From Cyanobacteriota bacterium (GTDB taxonomy: Bacteria > Cyanobacteriota > Cyanobacteriia > PCC-6307 > Cyanobiaceae), in assembly GCA_046052125.1 (NCBI GenBank), contig JBJOMY010000002.1, forward strand, positions 352,001 to 416,000: 64,000 bases of DNA. The letters are read 5' to 3'. Position 1 is the first letter of the stretch; each line of letters begins with the position of its first letter. The position numbers and the translations under genes were made by a program. Shown in pieces: positions 10,277 to 22,684 of this stretch. The notes under the pieces were generated by a model. It saw only the letters and a list, made by a program, of their open reading frames with translations. It searched no databases and was not told where the DNA came from.

Positions 10277-11278
10277 ATGGCGGCCAGCTCTCCCGGCATC
10301 ACTTCCGGCTTTGTGGGGGCCGTGGGCAACACGCCGCTGATCCGGCTGAACGCCCTCAGTGAAGCCACGAGTTGCGAGATCCTGGGCAAGGCGGAATTCA
10401 TGAACCCCGGCGGTTCGGTGAAAGACCGTGCCGCACTGGGGATCCTTCTGGAGGCCGAAGAGCAGGGCCTGCTCCAACCTGGCGGCACGGTGGTGGAGGG
10501 CACCGCTGGCAACACCGGCATCGGTCTCACCCACCTCTGCAATGCCCGCGGCTACAAGGCTTTGATCGTGATCCCCGACACCCAGTCGGCTGAAAAGATC
10601 GGTCTGCTGCGCAGCCTCGGGGCCGAAGTGCGCACGGTTCCGGCGGTGCCCTACCGCGACCCCAACAACTACGTGCGCCTCTCCGGCCGCATCGCCGAGG
10701 AAACACCCGGCGCCGTATGGGCCAACCAATTCGACAACCTGGCCAACCGCCGCGCCCACTACAACTCCACCGGCCCGGAGATCTGGCAGCAAACCGAAGG
10801 CCGCGTGGATGCCTGGGTGGCGGCCACCGGCACCGGCGGCACTTACGCCGGTGTGGCGCTCTATCTCAAGGAACAGAACCCGGCCGTGCGCTGCGTGCTC
10901 GCCGATCCCCACGGCAGCTCCCTCTACAGCTGGGCCACCAGTGGGGAGCTCAGCAGCGAGGGCAATTCGATCACCGAGGGCATCGGCAATAGCCGCGTCA
11001 CCGCCAACCTCGACGGTGCCCCGGTGGACGATGCCGTGCGCATCCACGATCAAGCAGCCCTTGACACCATCTATCAGCTGCTCTGGCAGGAGGGGCTGTT
11101 CCTGGGGGGCTCGGTGGGTATCAACGTGGCCGCGGCGGTGGAAACCGCCCGCCGGCTGGGCCCGGGCCACACGATCGTCACCGTGTTGTGCGACAGCGGC
11201 GATCGCTACCGGTCACGGCTTTATGACGGCGAGTGGCTGAGCACCAAGGGATTGCAGCAACCTGTGCGCGCAGCCTGA
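10277..11278 (+). CDS. cysK: Cysteine synthase (PLP-dependent O-acetylserine thiol-lyase family)
   Basis: GNTPLIRL, KAEFMNPGGSVKDR, EGTAGNTGIG, GTGGT motifs. Confidence 0.9.
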   Translation: MAASSPGITSGFVGAVGNTPLIRLNALSEATSCEILGKAEFMNPGGSVKDRAALGILLEAEEQGLLQPGGTVVEGTAGNTGIGLTHLCNARGYKALIVIPDTQSAEKIGLLRSLGAEVRTVPAVPYRDPNNYVRLSGRIAEETPGAVWANQFDNLANRRAHYNSTGPEIWQQTEGRVDAWVAATGTGGTYAGVALYLKEQNPAVRCVLADPHGSSLYSWATSGELSSEGNSITEGIGNSRVTANLDGAPVDDAVRIHDQAALDTIYQLLWQEGLFLGGSVGINVAAAVETARRLGPGHTIVTVLCDSGDRYRSRLYDGEWLSTKGLQQPVRAA

Positions 11279-11290
11279 AGTGCTTCGGCG

Positions 11291-13261
11291 TTGGACCGGC
11301 CAGCCACCCCTGATCCGCAGACCCTTGAGCCAGCAGCCCAGCTGATCGCCGGCCGCTATCGGCTCGAGCGGCAGCTCTCGGCCAGCGAGCAGGGTGTGTT
11401 GTGGCGCGGCACCGATCAGCTGGCTGGTGGATTGCCGGTGGCGCTGCGTCAGATCCCGGCCGATCAGGCGCAGCTGCAGGCTGAGGTGCGTCAGCTCTGG
11501 CCGCGGCTGCAGGGGGTGCTCCATCCCCAGGTGCCCCGCTTCGGAGAACTGATCGAGCAGGAGGGATCGCTTTGGTTGCCGCGGGAATGGCAGGAAGGCA
11601 GCAGCTACGCCGATCTGCTGCAGGGGCGGCGGGAGCGGCAGCTGGTGTTTGGCGCCGGTGAGGTGCTGTTGCTGCTCCGCCAGCTGCTTCCGGCCCTGGC
11701 CGTGCTCCACAGCCAGGGGCTCTGCCATGGCGATCTGAGCCCAGCCAATCTGCTGCGCCGCGATCGCGACGGCCTGCCGGTGTTGCTGGATTTCGGCCCT
11801 GGCGGTGTGACCCCCGGCTATGCCCCACCGGAGCGGGGGCGTGGCGCCGAGCCGGCCGCCTGGATGGATCTCTACAGCCTCGCGGTGGTGGCCCTGGTGC
11901 TGCTCAGCGGCGACGAACCAGCCCAGTTGCTCGATGCCGCCACGCTGCAGTGGCGCTGGCCCAGTGCCCTCGATGCCCTGCCAGGTCTGCGCCAGGCACT
12001 GGAACGGATGCTGAGCGAGGCCGCCGAGCAGCGCTTCCCCTCCGCTTCAGCGGCCCTGCAGACGTTGCAACAGCTGCCGATGCCCGAGAGCACCGGCCCC
12101 GTACCCCGGGCGGATCGCACGGTGGCGCTGGTGCCGTCGGCCCGCGCCAGCGCTACCCCCGCTGCCACCCCCGGCCCCAGCCTGCCGGCGGTCGCCGCAG
12201 CGCCTGCCGCCAAGCCGCCATCGCCGCTCCCCCGCTCCCGCCAGGAGCTCAAGGAGGAGGCCGCGGAGGGGCGCCTCTGGCCGGTGGTGCTCGCCCTGGT
12301 GGTGTCGGCTGTGGTGGGTACCGGCCTGGGTTGGCTGCTGCTCAGCCGTGGACGCCTGGCGACCCCAAGCGCCCAGCCCAGCGTGCAGCTGCCCACCAGC
12401 CTGCCGCCGGCTGAGGTGAATCAGCGCCAGCAACTGCTCAACCGGCTGCGGGCCCTGCAGATCGATCGCGGCTGGTTCCTGAAACTCGTGGACGCAAGCC
12501 TCCTGGCCCAATACCCGGAGCGGGGCGGCCGCCTGCCCAGCGACAGCCTCGATGACGCACCGCTGCGCAAGGTGTGGAACCAGCTGGCGGAGGAGTGGCT
12601 CAGCCGCGTGGAGCAGCTGCCCCTCGAGCTGCGCACCCGTCTGGGCCGCTTCACCGGCGGCGACTGGCGCCGGCGTCAGGCCGCCCTGGTGGCCAAGGGC
12701 CTGAGCGGCTCCGTGGTGGAGCAGCTCGTGTCGGGCAGTGCGCAGAACCTGTTGCCGGGCCGTGCGGGCGGTGAGATCCCGCCGGAACCCTTCCGCCAGC
12801 TCTGGTATGCCGCCGCCGAGCAGGCCCTGGCCAATGTGAAGATCGAGTCGATCCAAGCGCAGCTCGGTGAAACCAAGGTTGTGTCGGCGTCGGTGCCAGC
12901 CGCCGGAGCGCGCTTGTTCCCGATTCGTTTGCCAGCGAACAGTCGCTTGGTGCTGGGGGTGAACGGTTCGCCCCTGATGCAGATGAGCGTGTTTGGCGCC
13001 GATGGAGCGGTACTGGAAGCCCGAGGACCCTTGCGGGTGGTCACGGTGGGCGCCGTGCAGCGCTCGCCTGTGCAGTTGCTGATCACCAACGAAGGCCTCG
13101 CCTCAGCGCTGATCACCCTGTCGCTGCGGGCAGACCCGCCGCTGTTCAACCCGGTACCAAAGCCCGTGCCTGCTGCGCCGTTGGCACCCTCGGCCCCGCC
13201 GTCGGTTTTGGAGGCCTCGCCGCCGGGTCCAGGTCAGGGCTCAGCCTCACCGGGCAACTAG
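11291..13261 (+). CDS. Membrane-anchored Ser/Thr protein kinase-like protein
   Basis: GRYRL, HGDLSPAN, LLDFG, GYAPPE, DLYSL; Pro/Ala linker and a single TM helix. Confidence 0.85.
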   Translation: MDRPATPDPQTLEPAAQLIAGRYRLERQLSASEQGVLWRGTDQLAGGLPVALRQIPADQAQLQAEVRQLWPRLQGVLHPQVPRFGELIEQEGSLWLPREWQEGSSYADLLQGRRERQLVFGAGEVLLLLRQLLPALAVLHSQGLCHGDLSPANLLRRDRDGLPVLLDFGPGGVTPGYAPPERGRGAEPAAWMDLYSLAVVALVLLSGDEPAQLLDAATLQWRWPSALDALPGLRQALERMLSEAAEQRFPSASAALQTLQQLPMPESTGPVPRADRTVALVPSARASATPAATPGPSLPAVAAAPAAKPPSPLPRSRQELKEEAAEGRLWPVVLALVVSAVVGTGLGWLLLSRGRLATPSAQPSVQLPTSLPPAEVNQRQQLLNRLRALQIDRGWFLKLVDASLLAQYPERGGRLPSDSLDDAPLRKVWNQLAEEWLSRVEQLPLELRTRLGRFTGGDWRRRQAALVAKGLSGSVVEQLVSGSAQNLLPGRAGGEIPPEPFRQLWYAAAEQALANVKIESIQAQLGETKVVSASVPAAGARLFPIRLPANSRLVLGVNGSPLMQMSVFGADGAVLEARGPLRVVTVGAVQRSPVQLLITNEGLASALITLSLRADPPLFNPVPKPVPAAPLAPSAPPSVLEASPPGPGQGSASPGN

Positions 13262-13353
13262 ACCAACAGCCCGAGGGTTGACTGCAGCCGGATTGGTTAC
13301 GGCCGCCTGCCCCGGGAGGCGGCCTGCACATGTGCTCAGTCGAGATCTTCGGA

Positions 13354-13373
13354 TCTGTACAAACCGTACGGAA
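13354..13373. repeat. Dispersed quasi-palindromic intergenic repeat core, divergent copy 2
   Basis: TCTGTACAAACCGTACGGAA; its reverse complement matches copy 1 at 16/20, and its downstream flank resembles that of copy 1. Confidence 0.6.
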
Positions 13374-13535
13374 CTGTGGACGGCGCTTGAGCGGGTTTAG
13401 AGCTCTGCTTGGGCAGTCTTAGAGCTGCGTTGGTGGGTGCAGAACTCCCCAACGATTGGAGCGTTCAGATGCCCTCCAGGTTGTGACTTGCCTTGGGCGC
13501 TCCTCTCAGGGCGCATCGCTCACGCCAGCTGCTCC

Positions 13536-14033
13536 TCAGTAGCGGGCGATCGCGGCCTTGGCGTCCTTGATGTCCTGCTTGCGGCGCTCTTCCTGGCGCT
13601 TGTCGTGGAGTTTGCGGCCCTTACCCAGGCCGATGGTGGCCTTGATCCAGGAACCCTTGAGGTGCAGGTTGAGCGGGATCAGGGTGAGGCCCTTCTGATC
13701 GAGGGCCACCCGCAGCTTGTCGATCTCACGGCGGTGCGCCAGCAGAGGGCGCATGCGCAGCGGGTCGTGGTTGAAGTAGGCGCCGGCGTGGCTATGGGGG
13801 GAGATGTGCACGTTGTGCAGCTGCAGCTGGCCGTTGCGGATCAGGCAGAAGCCATCGCGCAGGTTCACCTGGCCCGCTCGGATCGACTTCACCTCGGTGC
13901 CGAGCAGCTCGATGCCGCACTCGAGCGTTTCCAGGATTTCGTATTGGTGGCGCGCGAAGCGGTTGTCCGCCAGCAGCTTGTTGGCGGCATCCCGCAGGGC
14001 CTTGGCGCTCTTCTTGCCACCGCCCTTCGCCAT
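13536..14033 (-). CDS. smpB: SsrA-binding protein
   Basis: [39 protein letters not shown] motifs. Confidence 0.98.
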   Translation of the reverse strand: MAKGGGKKSAKALRDAANKLLADNRFARHQYEILETLECGIELLGTEVKSIRAGQVNLRDGFCLIRNGQLQLHNVHISPHSHAGAYFNHDPLRMRPLLAHRREIDKLRVALDQKGLTLIPLNLHLKGSWIKATIGLGKGRKLHDKRQEERRKQDIKDAKAAIARY

Positions 14034-14115
14034 AGCGCTGCCGTTGCTCCTGCTCCACTATTCACCCGACCCTAGGGATCTCCCGGCCAGCCGCCAGCGC
14101 CGGTACCCTCGGGCG

Positions 14116-15195
<1,080 letters not shown>

Positions 15196-15208
15196 GCAGG
15201 TTGTTCTG

Positions 15209-15979
15209 ATGACCACTCTGTTGGCCGTGGTGCTCAGCCTGCAGTTGGCGGTGTCGGCAGCGTTGCCGCAGCTGTTTGATCAGGCCCTCAGCGCCAGCCG
15301 TGATGGCGATTTCGGCCGCGCCCTGCCCCTTTGGGATCAGGTGATTCAGATCGCTCCTGGGGATGCCGCTGCCTGGAGCAACCGCGGCAACGTGCGCCTG
15401 GCGCTCGGGGATGCCGAAGCGGCGATCGCCGACCAGAGCGAGGCGATGCTGCTTGATCCCCAGAGCCCCGATCCCCATCTCAACCGCGGCACGGCGGAGG
15501 AGGCCCTGCAGCGCTGGGATGCCGCTGAGGCCGACTACCGCTGGATCCTCGAGGCCAATGCGGCGGCCGGCGAGCCGCAGGATGCCTCGGCCCTCTACAA
15601 CCTGGGCAACGTGCAGGGCTCCCGCGGCGATTGGGCCGCGGCCCGCGAGAGCTTCGTGCAGGCCGCCGATGCTCGGCCGGGGTTTGCCATGGCCCGCTCC
15701 AGTGGCGCCCTGGCGGCTTTTCAGCTGGGGGAGCTGGATCAGGCGGAGCTGGAACTGCGCCGCTTGATCCGCCGCTATCCCTTATTCGCCGATGCCAGAG
15801 CCGGGCTCACGGCATTGCTCTGGCGCCGCGGTGCCCGCGGGGAAGCGGAAAGCCACTGGGCCTCGGCCTCGGGTCTCGACCCGCGCTACCGCCAGCCAGA
15901 ATGGCTGCTCGAGATCCGTCGCTGGCCTCCGGAACCGGTGCAGGCTCTCAGCGATTTCCTGGATCTCAACAACGGATGA
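15209..15979 (+). CDS. Tetratricopeptide repeat protein (probably exported)
   Basis: Signal-like N-terminus; TPR motifs AWSNRG, PHLNRG, ALYNLG. Confidence 0.85.
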   Translation: MTTLLAVVLSLQLAVSAALPQLFDQALSASRDGDFGRALPLWDQVIQIAPGDAAAWSNRGNVRLALGDAEAAIADQSEAMLLDPQSPDPHLNRGTAEEALQRWDAAEADYRWILEANAAAGEPQDASALYNLGNVQGSRGDWAAARESFVQAADARPGFAMARSSGALAAFQLGELDQAELELRRLIRRYPLFADARAGLTALLWRRGARGEAESHWASASGLDPRYRQPEWLLEIRRWPPEPVQALSDFLDLNNG

Positions 15980-17157
15980 ATGCAGTCCAGCTCAAGGCAG
16001 CGGTGGCCGCGCAGCTGCCGGAGCTGGTGGCGATTCGCAGGCACCTGCACGCTCACCCTGAGCTGAGCGGCAACGAGCATCAGACGGCCGCGCTCGTGGC
16101 GGGTGAACTGCGCAGCCTCGGCTGGCGGGTGCAGGAGGGGGTGGGTCGTACGGGTGTGGTGGCGGAACTCGGTCCTACGGGCAGCGATGGCCCCGTGGTG
16201 GCCCTACGTGTGGATATGGACGCCCTGCCGGTGGAGGAGCGCAGCGGTGTGCCCTACGCCTCGGTGCATCAAGGCCTGATGCACGCCTGCGGCCACGACA
16301 TTCACACCACCGTGGGGCTGGGGGTGGCGCGGGTGTTGGCCCCCTTGGCCGATCAGTTGGCGGCCAGGGTGCGGATCCTGTTTCAGCCGGCGGAAGAAAC
16401 CGCCCAGGGGGCGGCCTGGATGATTGCTGATGGCGCCATGCAGGGGGTGGACGCCCTGTTTGGCGTGCACGTGTTCCCCAGTCTGGAGGCCGGCACGATC
16501 GGCGTGCGCAGCGGCAGCCTCACGGCGGCGGCCGGCGAGCTGGAGGTGGAGGTGCTCGGCGAAGGGGGCCACGGCGCCCGCCCCCACCAGAGCACCGATG
16601 CGATCTGGATCGCGGCGCGGGTGGTGAGTGGTTTGCAGGAGGCGATCAGCCGCCGCCTTGATGCTCTGCATCCGGTGGTGGTGAGCTTCGGGCGGATCGA
16701 AGGGGGCAAAGCGTTCAACGTGATCGCCGATCACGTGCGCCTGCTCGGCACCGTGCGCTGCCTCGATCTGGAGCTGCATGCCGAATTGCCTGGCTGGATC
16801 GAAGACACGGTGAAGGCGATCTGCACCGCCTATGGCGGAGAAGCGCGGGTGAGCTACCGCTGCATCTCGCCGCCGGTGCACAACGATCCTGCGCTCACCG
16901 AGCTGGTGGCGGATGCAGCCACCGAGCTCCTCGGGCGCCAGCAGGTGCACTGGCTGGAGCAACCCTCCCTGGGTGCGGAGGATTTCGCCGAACTGCAGCA
17001 GGGCACCCGCGCCACGATGTTTCGGTTGGGGGTGGCGGGGCCTGAGGGCTGCACACCGCTTCACAGCAGCACGTTCCGGCCCGATGAACGCTGCCTGGCG
17101 GTGGGGGTGGAAGTGCTCAGCGCCAGCCTGTTGCGCTGGATCGAGGCCCGGCCATGA
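15976..17157 (+). CDS. M20D amidohydrolase (N-acyl-amino acid hydrolase family)
   Basis: RRHLHAHPELS, LRVDMDALP, MHACGHD, FQPAEE, GAEDF; ATGA overlap with the TPR gene. Confidence 0.93.
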   Translation: MNAVQLKAAVAAQLPELVAIRRHLHAHPELSGNEHQTAALVAGELRSLGWRVQEGVGRTGVVAELGPTGSDGPVVALRVDMDALPVEERSGVPYASVHQGLMHACGHDIHTTVGLGVARVLAPLADQLAARVRILFQPAEETAQGAAWMIADGAMQGVDALFGVHVFPSLEAGTIGVRSGSLTAAAGELEVEVLGEGGHGARPHQSTDAIWIAARVVSGLQEAISRRLDALHPVVVSFGRIEGGKAFNVIADHVRLLGTVRCLDLELHAELPGWIEDTVKAICTAYGGEARVSYRCISPPVHNDPALTELVADAATELLGRQQVHWLEQPSLGAEDFAELQQGTRATMFRLGVAGPEGCTPLHSSTFRPDERCLAVGVEVLSASLLRWIEARP

Positions 17158-17381
17158 CTCCAGCTCGCTCCCGCTTCAGCCGCGATTTGCTCGCCCTGGC
17201 CACGCCGCTGTTGATCCTGTTGTCGCTGGTGGGGGTGAGCTTGCGGCAGGGCTCCGATCGCCTTCAGGCGGTGCCGGCCCTGGTGATCGGCGTGTCGCTG
17301 TTGCTCCAGAGCGCCTGGAGCTGGCGCCGCCGCCGTCGGGCCCTGCTCACGGCTTTGCACGATCACTCCGGCGAGTCCTGA
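17154..17381 (+). CDS. Small two-TM membrane protein (DUF3188-like)
   Basis: Two hydrophobic segments with a basic tail; ATGA overlap. Confidence 0.7.
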   Translation: MTPARSRFSRDLLALATPLLILLSLVGVSLRQGSDRLQAVPALVIGVSLLLQSAWSWRRRRRALLTALHDHSGES

Positions 17382-17409
17382 CCCAGAGTGGGTTGCCCAG
17401 CGTGAGCGC

Positions 17410-18000
17410 ATGAACTTCGATGCCCTGCGAGAGGCCATCGCCTCCGATAGTCCCGGCCGCTCCCGGCCGGCGCTGGCCAGCCTGGTGGACGCCACACCTG
17501 AGGAGGCTGAACCGCTGCTGCTGCTCGGCTTGCAGCAGAGCGACATGCTGCTGCGCCAGTTGAGCTGCTCTGGGCTGGGGCACAAACCCACCCCCGCCGG
17601 CTGGGAACCCCTGGTGAACACCCTCCAAAACGACCCTGAGGTGGCGGTGCGCGCTGAAGCGGCCAATGCCCTGGTGAGCCATGGCCTTGAGCGGGCCTGG
17701 CCGCTGTTGCTGGAGGCCTTTCAGCGGGAGCGCGAGTGGTTGCTGCGCTGCAGCGTGCTCTCCGCGGTGGCAGAGCATCCAGAAATGAGCGCCGATCAGC
17801 TGCTGGAGATCGGCAAGCTCGCCCTGGAGGACGCCGATGGAACCGTGCGTGTGGGTGGCACGGAGGTGTTGGGCCGGCTGGTGCGGGAGTGCCCGCCGGA
17901 TGCAGCGGCGGTGGCTGAGGCCAGAGCTGCTTTGGCGCAGCTGCAACACGATGAGGATCACCGGGTGGTGGCCGCGGCCCTGAATGGTTTGCAGGGCTGA
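17410..18000 (+). CDS. HEAT/PBS-lyase repeat protein (NblB-like)
   Basis: Repeated HEAT motifs VRAEAANAL, TVRVGG, RVVAAAL. Confidence 0.8.
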   Translation: MNFDALREAIASDSPGRSRPALASLVDATPEEAEPLLLLGLQQSDMLLRQLSCSGLGHKPTPAGWEPLVNTLQNDPEVAVRAEAANALVSHGLERAWPLLLEAFQREREWLLRCSVLSAVAEHPEMSADQLLEIGKLALEDADGTVRVGGTEVLGRLVRECPPDAAAVAEARAALAQLQHDEDHRVVAAALNGLQG

Positions 18001-18044
18001 TCAGGCGGCCGGGGCTCGTTTCGGCCTTGCTAGGTTTCGAATGT

Positions 18045-18122
18045 CACTAGGGGTGCCCCTGAATAGGGGCTGAGATCACACCCTCCGAACCTGATCCGGG
18101 TCATGCCGGCGCAGGGAAGTGA
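18045..18122 (+). promoter_or_regulatory. TPP riboswitch
   Basis: CTAGGGGTG...GCTGAGA...ACCC..GAACCTGATCCGGGTCATGCCGGCGCAGGGAAG consensus in the thiC leader. Confidence 0.95.
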
Positions 18123-18187
18123 GAAGAGAACCTCAGGCTGCGCCCCGTACTTGCCGGTTGATCCGGCCGTATCACCCTTCGCCGTAG

Positions 18188-19588
<1,401 letters not shown>

Positions 19589-19668
19589 TCTGTCTCGTTG
19601 ATCGAGAATCGTCCCCGAAATTCCTTAACAGTGTCAATCCGATACTGGCAACCTGATGTGTGCGTCTG

Positions 19669-20658
19669 ATGCAAGAAAATAAATCTCTCGATCGCCCTAG
19701 AAAGATCGCAATCGTTACAACAGCTTACAATGAAGCAGGAAATATTGCCGATTTTGTGGCGCAGATCGACTTCATTGCGAATGACTTCGTCTGCGCCTGC
19801 GGCGATCTTGCGGATTATTCAATCTGGGTTGCCAATAATGGCAGTACAGACGAAACCCTGGCTGAGCTGCTGCGGCTGCAGGAGGTATATAAACATCTCT
19901 ATGTGCTTAATAACTACTTTAACTATGGTTATGATGTATCGATTTTAAATTGCCTGAGCCTCGTTCAGGCTGATCTGTATGTGGTCATGTGCAGTGACCT
20001 AGAAGATCCACCTGAGACTGCCAAGGAGCTGATCAAGCACTATTTGGTGGAGTCTGCCATGGATCCTCAGATCGATAGCATAATCGCGTGCAAACACGTT
20101 AAGCAGAGTCCGATCATTAAAATCTTTAGGAAAGGCTACTATCTTATCTCCGGGTTTGGTGAAAGACGATCTGAAGTCAATGGCTTCCACGGTTTTGGTA
20201 TTTATACACAGAATGTTATTCAAAGAGCGTCTCTGTACGCTAAGCACACATCTGCGAACGCAAGATCCTCCCTGCTTTGGGGATCTAAAGTTTCACAGAA
20301 GATCTTTTATCAAAAGGGTAGCCGAAAGTCTGGAGCTTCAAGCTATACTATTTTTCGGTATATGATGGAAGCTCTTAATCAGATTATGGATCTTCCAGCT
20401 CTTTCAACTCGGCTGGCGATCCGGCTCTCGATAATTTGTGCGCTGATTGCGATAGTGCTAATTCTTGTGATTGTTGTTAATTACTTTTTGTTATTCATGA
20501 GTTTCTCAAGTGGTATATCAACTGTGTTGGTACTGGTTTGCGGGCTCTTCTCGATGCTATTTCTTGTTGTCGCCCTTTTGTCAAAGCAAATTGAGAATAT
20601 CAGATCGCCAAATCTTCTAATTACAGCAGCAGCAGAAGTCTATGCTCCTAAAGCGTAA
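19669..20658 (+). CDS. GT2 polyprenol-phosphate glycosyltransferase (GtrB/DPM1-like)
   Basis: AYNEAGNI, NNGSTDET, SDLEDPPE motifs; two C-terminal TM helices. Confidence 0.85.
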   Translation: MQENKSLDRPRKIAIVTTAYNEAGNIADFVAQIDFIANDFVCACGDLADYSIWVANNGSTDETLAELLRLQEVYKHLYVLNNYFNYGYDVSILNCLSLVQADLYVVMCSDLEDPPETAKELIKHYLVESAMDPQIDSIIACKHVKQSPIIKIFRKGYYLISGFGERRSEVNGFHGFGIYTQNVIQRASLYAKHTSANARSSLLWGSKVSQKIFYQKGSRKSGASSYTIFRYMMEALNQIMDLPALSTRLAIRLSIICALIAIVLILVIVVNYFLLFMSFSSGISTVLVLVCGLFSMLFLVVALLSKQIENIRSPNLLITAAAEVYAPKA

Positions 20659-21037
20659 AGCTCTCCTCTTGATTGAGGAATCTTACTTAGTAAGGTACCT
20701 GCTGAGTGGCCTCGTCGTCACTGCTTATTCGCTTATCGTATTAACCTTGCTGACGCGGATTAATTTTTATATTGCTTATATCGTTGTTGAGCTTACTTCG
20801 AATCTGATCAGGTGTTGTCTATTTGAGCAATTTGTATTTGTCAGGGATGAAGGCCCGCTGCTTGTCAGGCTGAAGCGCTACGGAATCGCTACGCTACCTG
20901 TCATCGGTGTTAATTACTTGACGTATTTTTTGCTGCCAGCCAGTCCATTTATCGCAAGCCTGAGGGCAGTTGCCATTGCCATAGTCCTAGGCTTTATCCT
21001 GGCCAAGAAGGTCTATTCTAAAGATCGAATAGCTTAG
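20642..21037 (+). CDS. GtrA-like small flippase
   Basis: 131 aa, about 4 TM helices, VRYLLSG...FVF pattern; overlaps the GT2 gene. Confidence 0.65.
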   Translation: MLLKRKALLLIEESYLVRYLLSGLVVTAYSLIVLTLLTRINFYIAYIVVELTSNLIRCCLFEQFVFVRDEGPLLVRLKRYGIATLPVIGVNYLTYFLLPASPFIASLRAVAIAIVLGFILAKKVYSKDRIA

Positions 21038-21896
21038 ACGCTTGGTGCAAATAGTTTTCACTGCCTACCAAGCCAATGGTCTCTGTTAGGAGTGATTTTG
21101 ATCTGACTTTGCTAATATGTTTTGTGCCGATCAGGCTTTCTAAGACCCAAGAGCAGAATCCAGCATCCAGAAGATGATCTTCAATGATCACGATCTCATC
21201 ATACTGATCAGCAAAGCTTGACATGTGTGCCTTATGCCGCAGTCCCCAGGCCGGCAACGTGTAATGGCTGAAGTCTTCGTGGCTTTGTACGTAGGCATGA
21301 GCGCCCTGCCCACAGAAGCCGGTTGTCAGAAGAACACGCCTCGCTGCGCGTTTACCGGATACGTACACAGGGATACCCGGTGTAATGGTACGTTTGGCAG
21401 CGGTGATGAGATCTTCTCCTGCTTTGTGAAGCCTCAGATAGGAGGGCGATGTGTACTTGATAATTGAAGCGAAACAGTTGCTAGCTTCATTGGCATCAAC
21501 GGGTGCATAAATCGTCGTATTTGGCAGCGTTCTCATTAATGCCATGTCTTGAATGGCATGGTGAGAATAGCCCATGTTCCCATAAGCGACACCGCCGCCT
21601 ACACTGACAGTGCAAACGGGTAGATTGTGGTAGTCAATATCGTTCCTGATTTGCTCTGCACACCTAAACGTATTGAAGTTGCCGATTGAGTAGCAGAATA
21701 CGTGAAAGCCTTCGGAAGCAATACCTGCGGCAATGCCCGCCATATTTTGTTCGGCTACTCCAACATTGATAAAGTTATCGGGGTGCTTCTCGTAGAATTC
21801 CTCAACAACAGAGAAGCCCAAGTCGCCAACTAGAAGAAAGGCGTTTCCTCCCTCGTCATTATATCGGACCAAGCTGTGTATTAAAGAATTTCTCAT
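21018..21896 (-). CDS. Transketolase-like protein, C-terminal (pyrimidine-binding) subunit
   Basis: GDLGF, NVGVAEQNM, EQIRND, HHAIQD, YLRL, EDH motifs. Confidence 0.92.
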   Translation of the reverse strand: MRNSLIHSLVRYNDEGGNAFLLVGDLGFSVVEEFYEKHPDNFINVGVAEQNMAGIAAGIASEGFHVFCYSIGNFNTFRCAEQIRNDIDYHNLPVCTVSVGGGVAYGNMGYSHHAIQDMALMRTLPNTTIYAPVDANEASNCFASIIKYTSPSYLRLHKAGEDLITAAKRTITPGIPVYVSGKRAARRVLLTTGFCGQGAHAYVQSHEDFSHYTLPAWGLRHKAHMSSFADQYDEIVIIEDHLLDAGFCSWVLESLIGTKHISKVRSKSLLTETIGLVGSENYLHQASKLFDL

Positions 21897-22684
21897 TGGT
21901 AAAAGTTCTCGAGTTCAATGGTCAGTTCATCGAGCTGTGAAGTGCTTGGTGGCTTGTAGTGCCACTCCACCTTGTTGGTCATGAACGAGATGGGATGCCC
22001 TTTGGTAGTGTCACAGAGAATGAGCTTCGGTTTCGAATTTGAATCTGCGGCAAACGCAGATCGTAATTCAGTCAGAGAATGTCCATCGCATCGGATAACG
22101 TGCCAATTGAATGCATTCAACTTATCTTCAAGTGGCTCTAGATCCAGTGTGTTATATGTTGTGGTCAAGCTCTGCAACTTATTGTAATCGACGATGGCCG
22201 TTAGGTTTTCCAGCTTGTGATAGCCCGCAAACATGAAAGCTTCCCAGTTGCTACCTTCATCTAATTCGCCATCGCTCAGTAAGCAATAGACTCTTCTGGT
22301 GATCGCCTTTCTTTTGCGTAAAACCGCCTTTCCAACAGCAAAGGGCAGGCCGTGACCCAAGGAGCCGGTTGAAAATTCTACATGCTTAACCTTATGGCAT
22401 ATATGGGCCATTAAGGGCGAGCCATCCAAGGCGTATGTATCGAGCTGCTCGTCGTCAAGGTAACCCTGGCAATTCAAGGCGCTATAGACTCCTGCGCAGC
22501 AGTGACCCTTTGAAAGGATAAAAGTATCGGCAAAGCTGGAGTCGTTCTTGGATAGGATCTCTCCATAGAGAAGAGCAATAATGTCTGCGGAAGAAAAGAC
22601 GCCACCGATGTGTGAGCTTTTCGCGCGATGGATGATGCGAGCAGCCCGCAGTCTAATTTCTAGTTGAAGTTGTTTAGTGTCCAC
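21893..22684 (-). CDS. Transketolase-like protein, N-terminal (TPP-binding) subunit
   Basis: SHIGG, FILSKGH, STGSLGHGL, SDGELDEGSNWEA, DYNKLQ, DGH, TTKG motifs; GTG start. Confidence 0.92.
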   Translation of the reverse strand: MDTKQLQLEIRLRAARIIHRAKSSHIGGVFSSADIIALLYGEILSKNDSSFADTFILSKGHCCAGVYSALNCQGYLDDEQLDTYALDGSPLMAHICHKVKHVEFSTGSLGHGLPFAVGKAVLRKRKAITRRVYCLLSDGELDEGSNWEAFMFAGYHKLENLTAIVDYNKLQSLTTTYNTLDLEPLEDKLNAFNWHVIRCDGHSLTELRSAFAADSNSKPKLILCDTTKGHPISFMTNKVEWHYKPPSTSQLDELTIELENFYQ

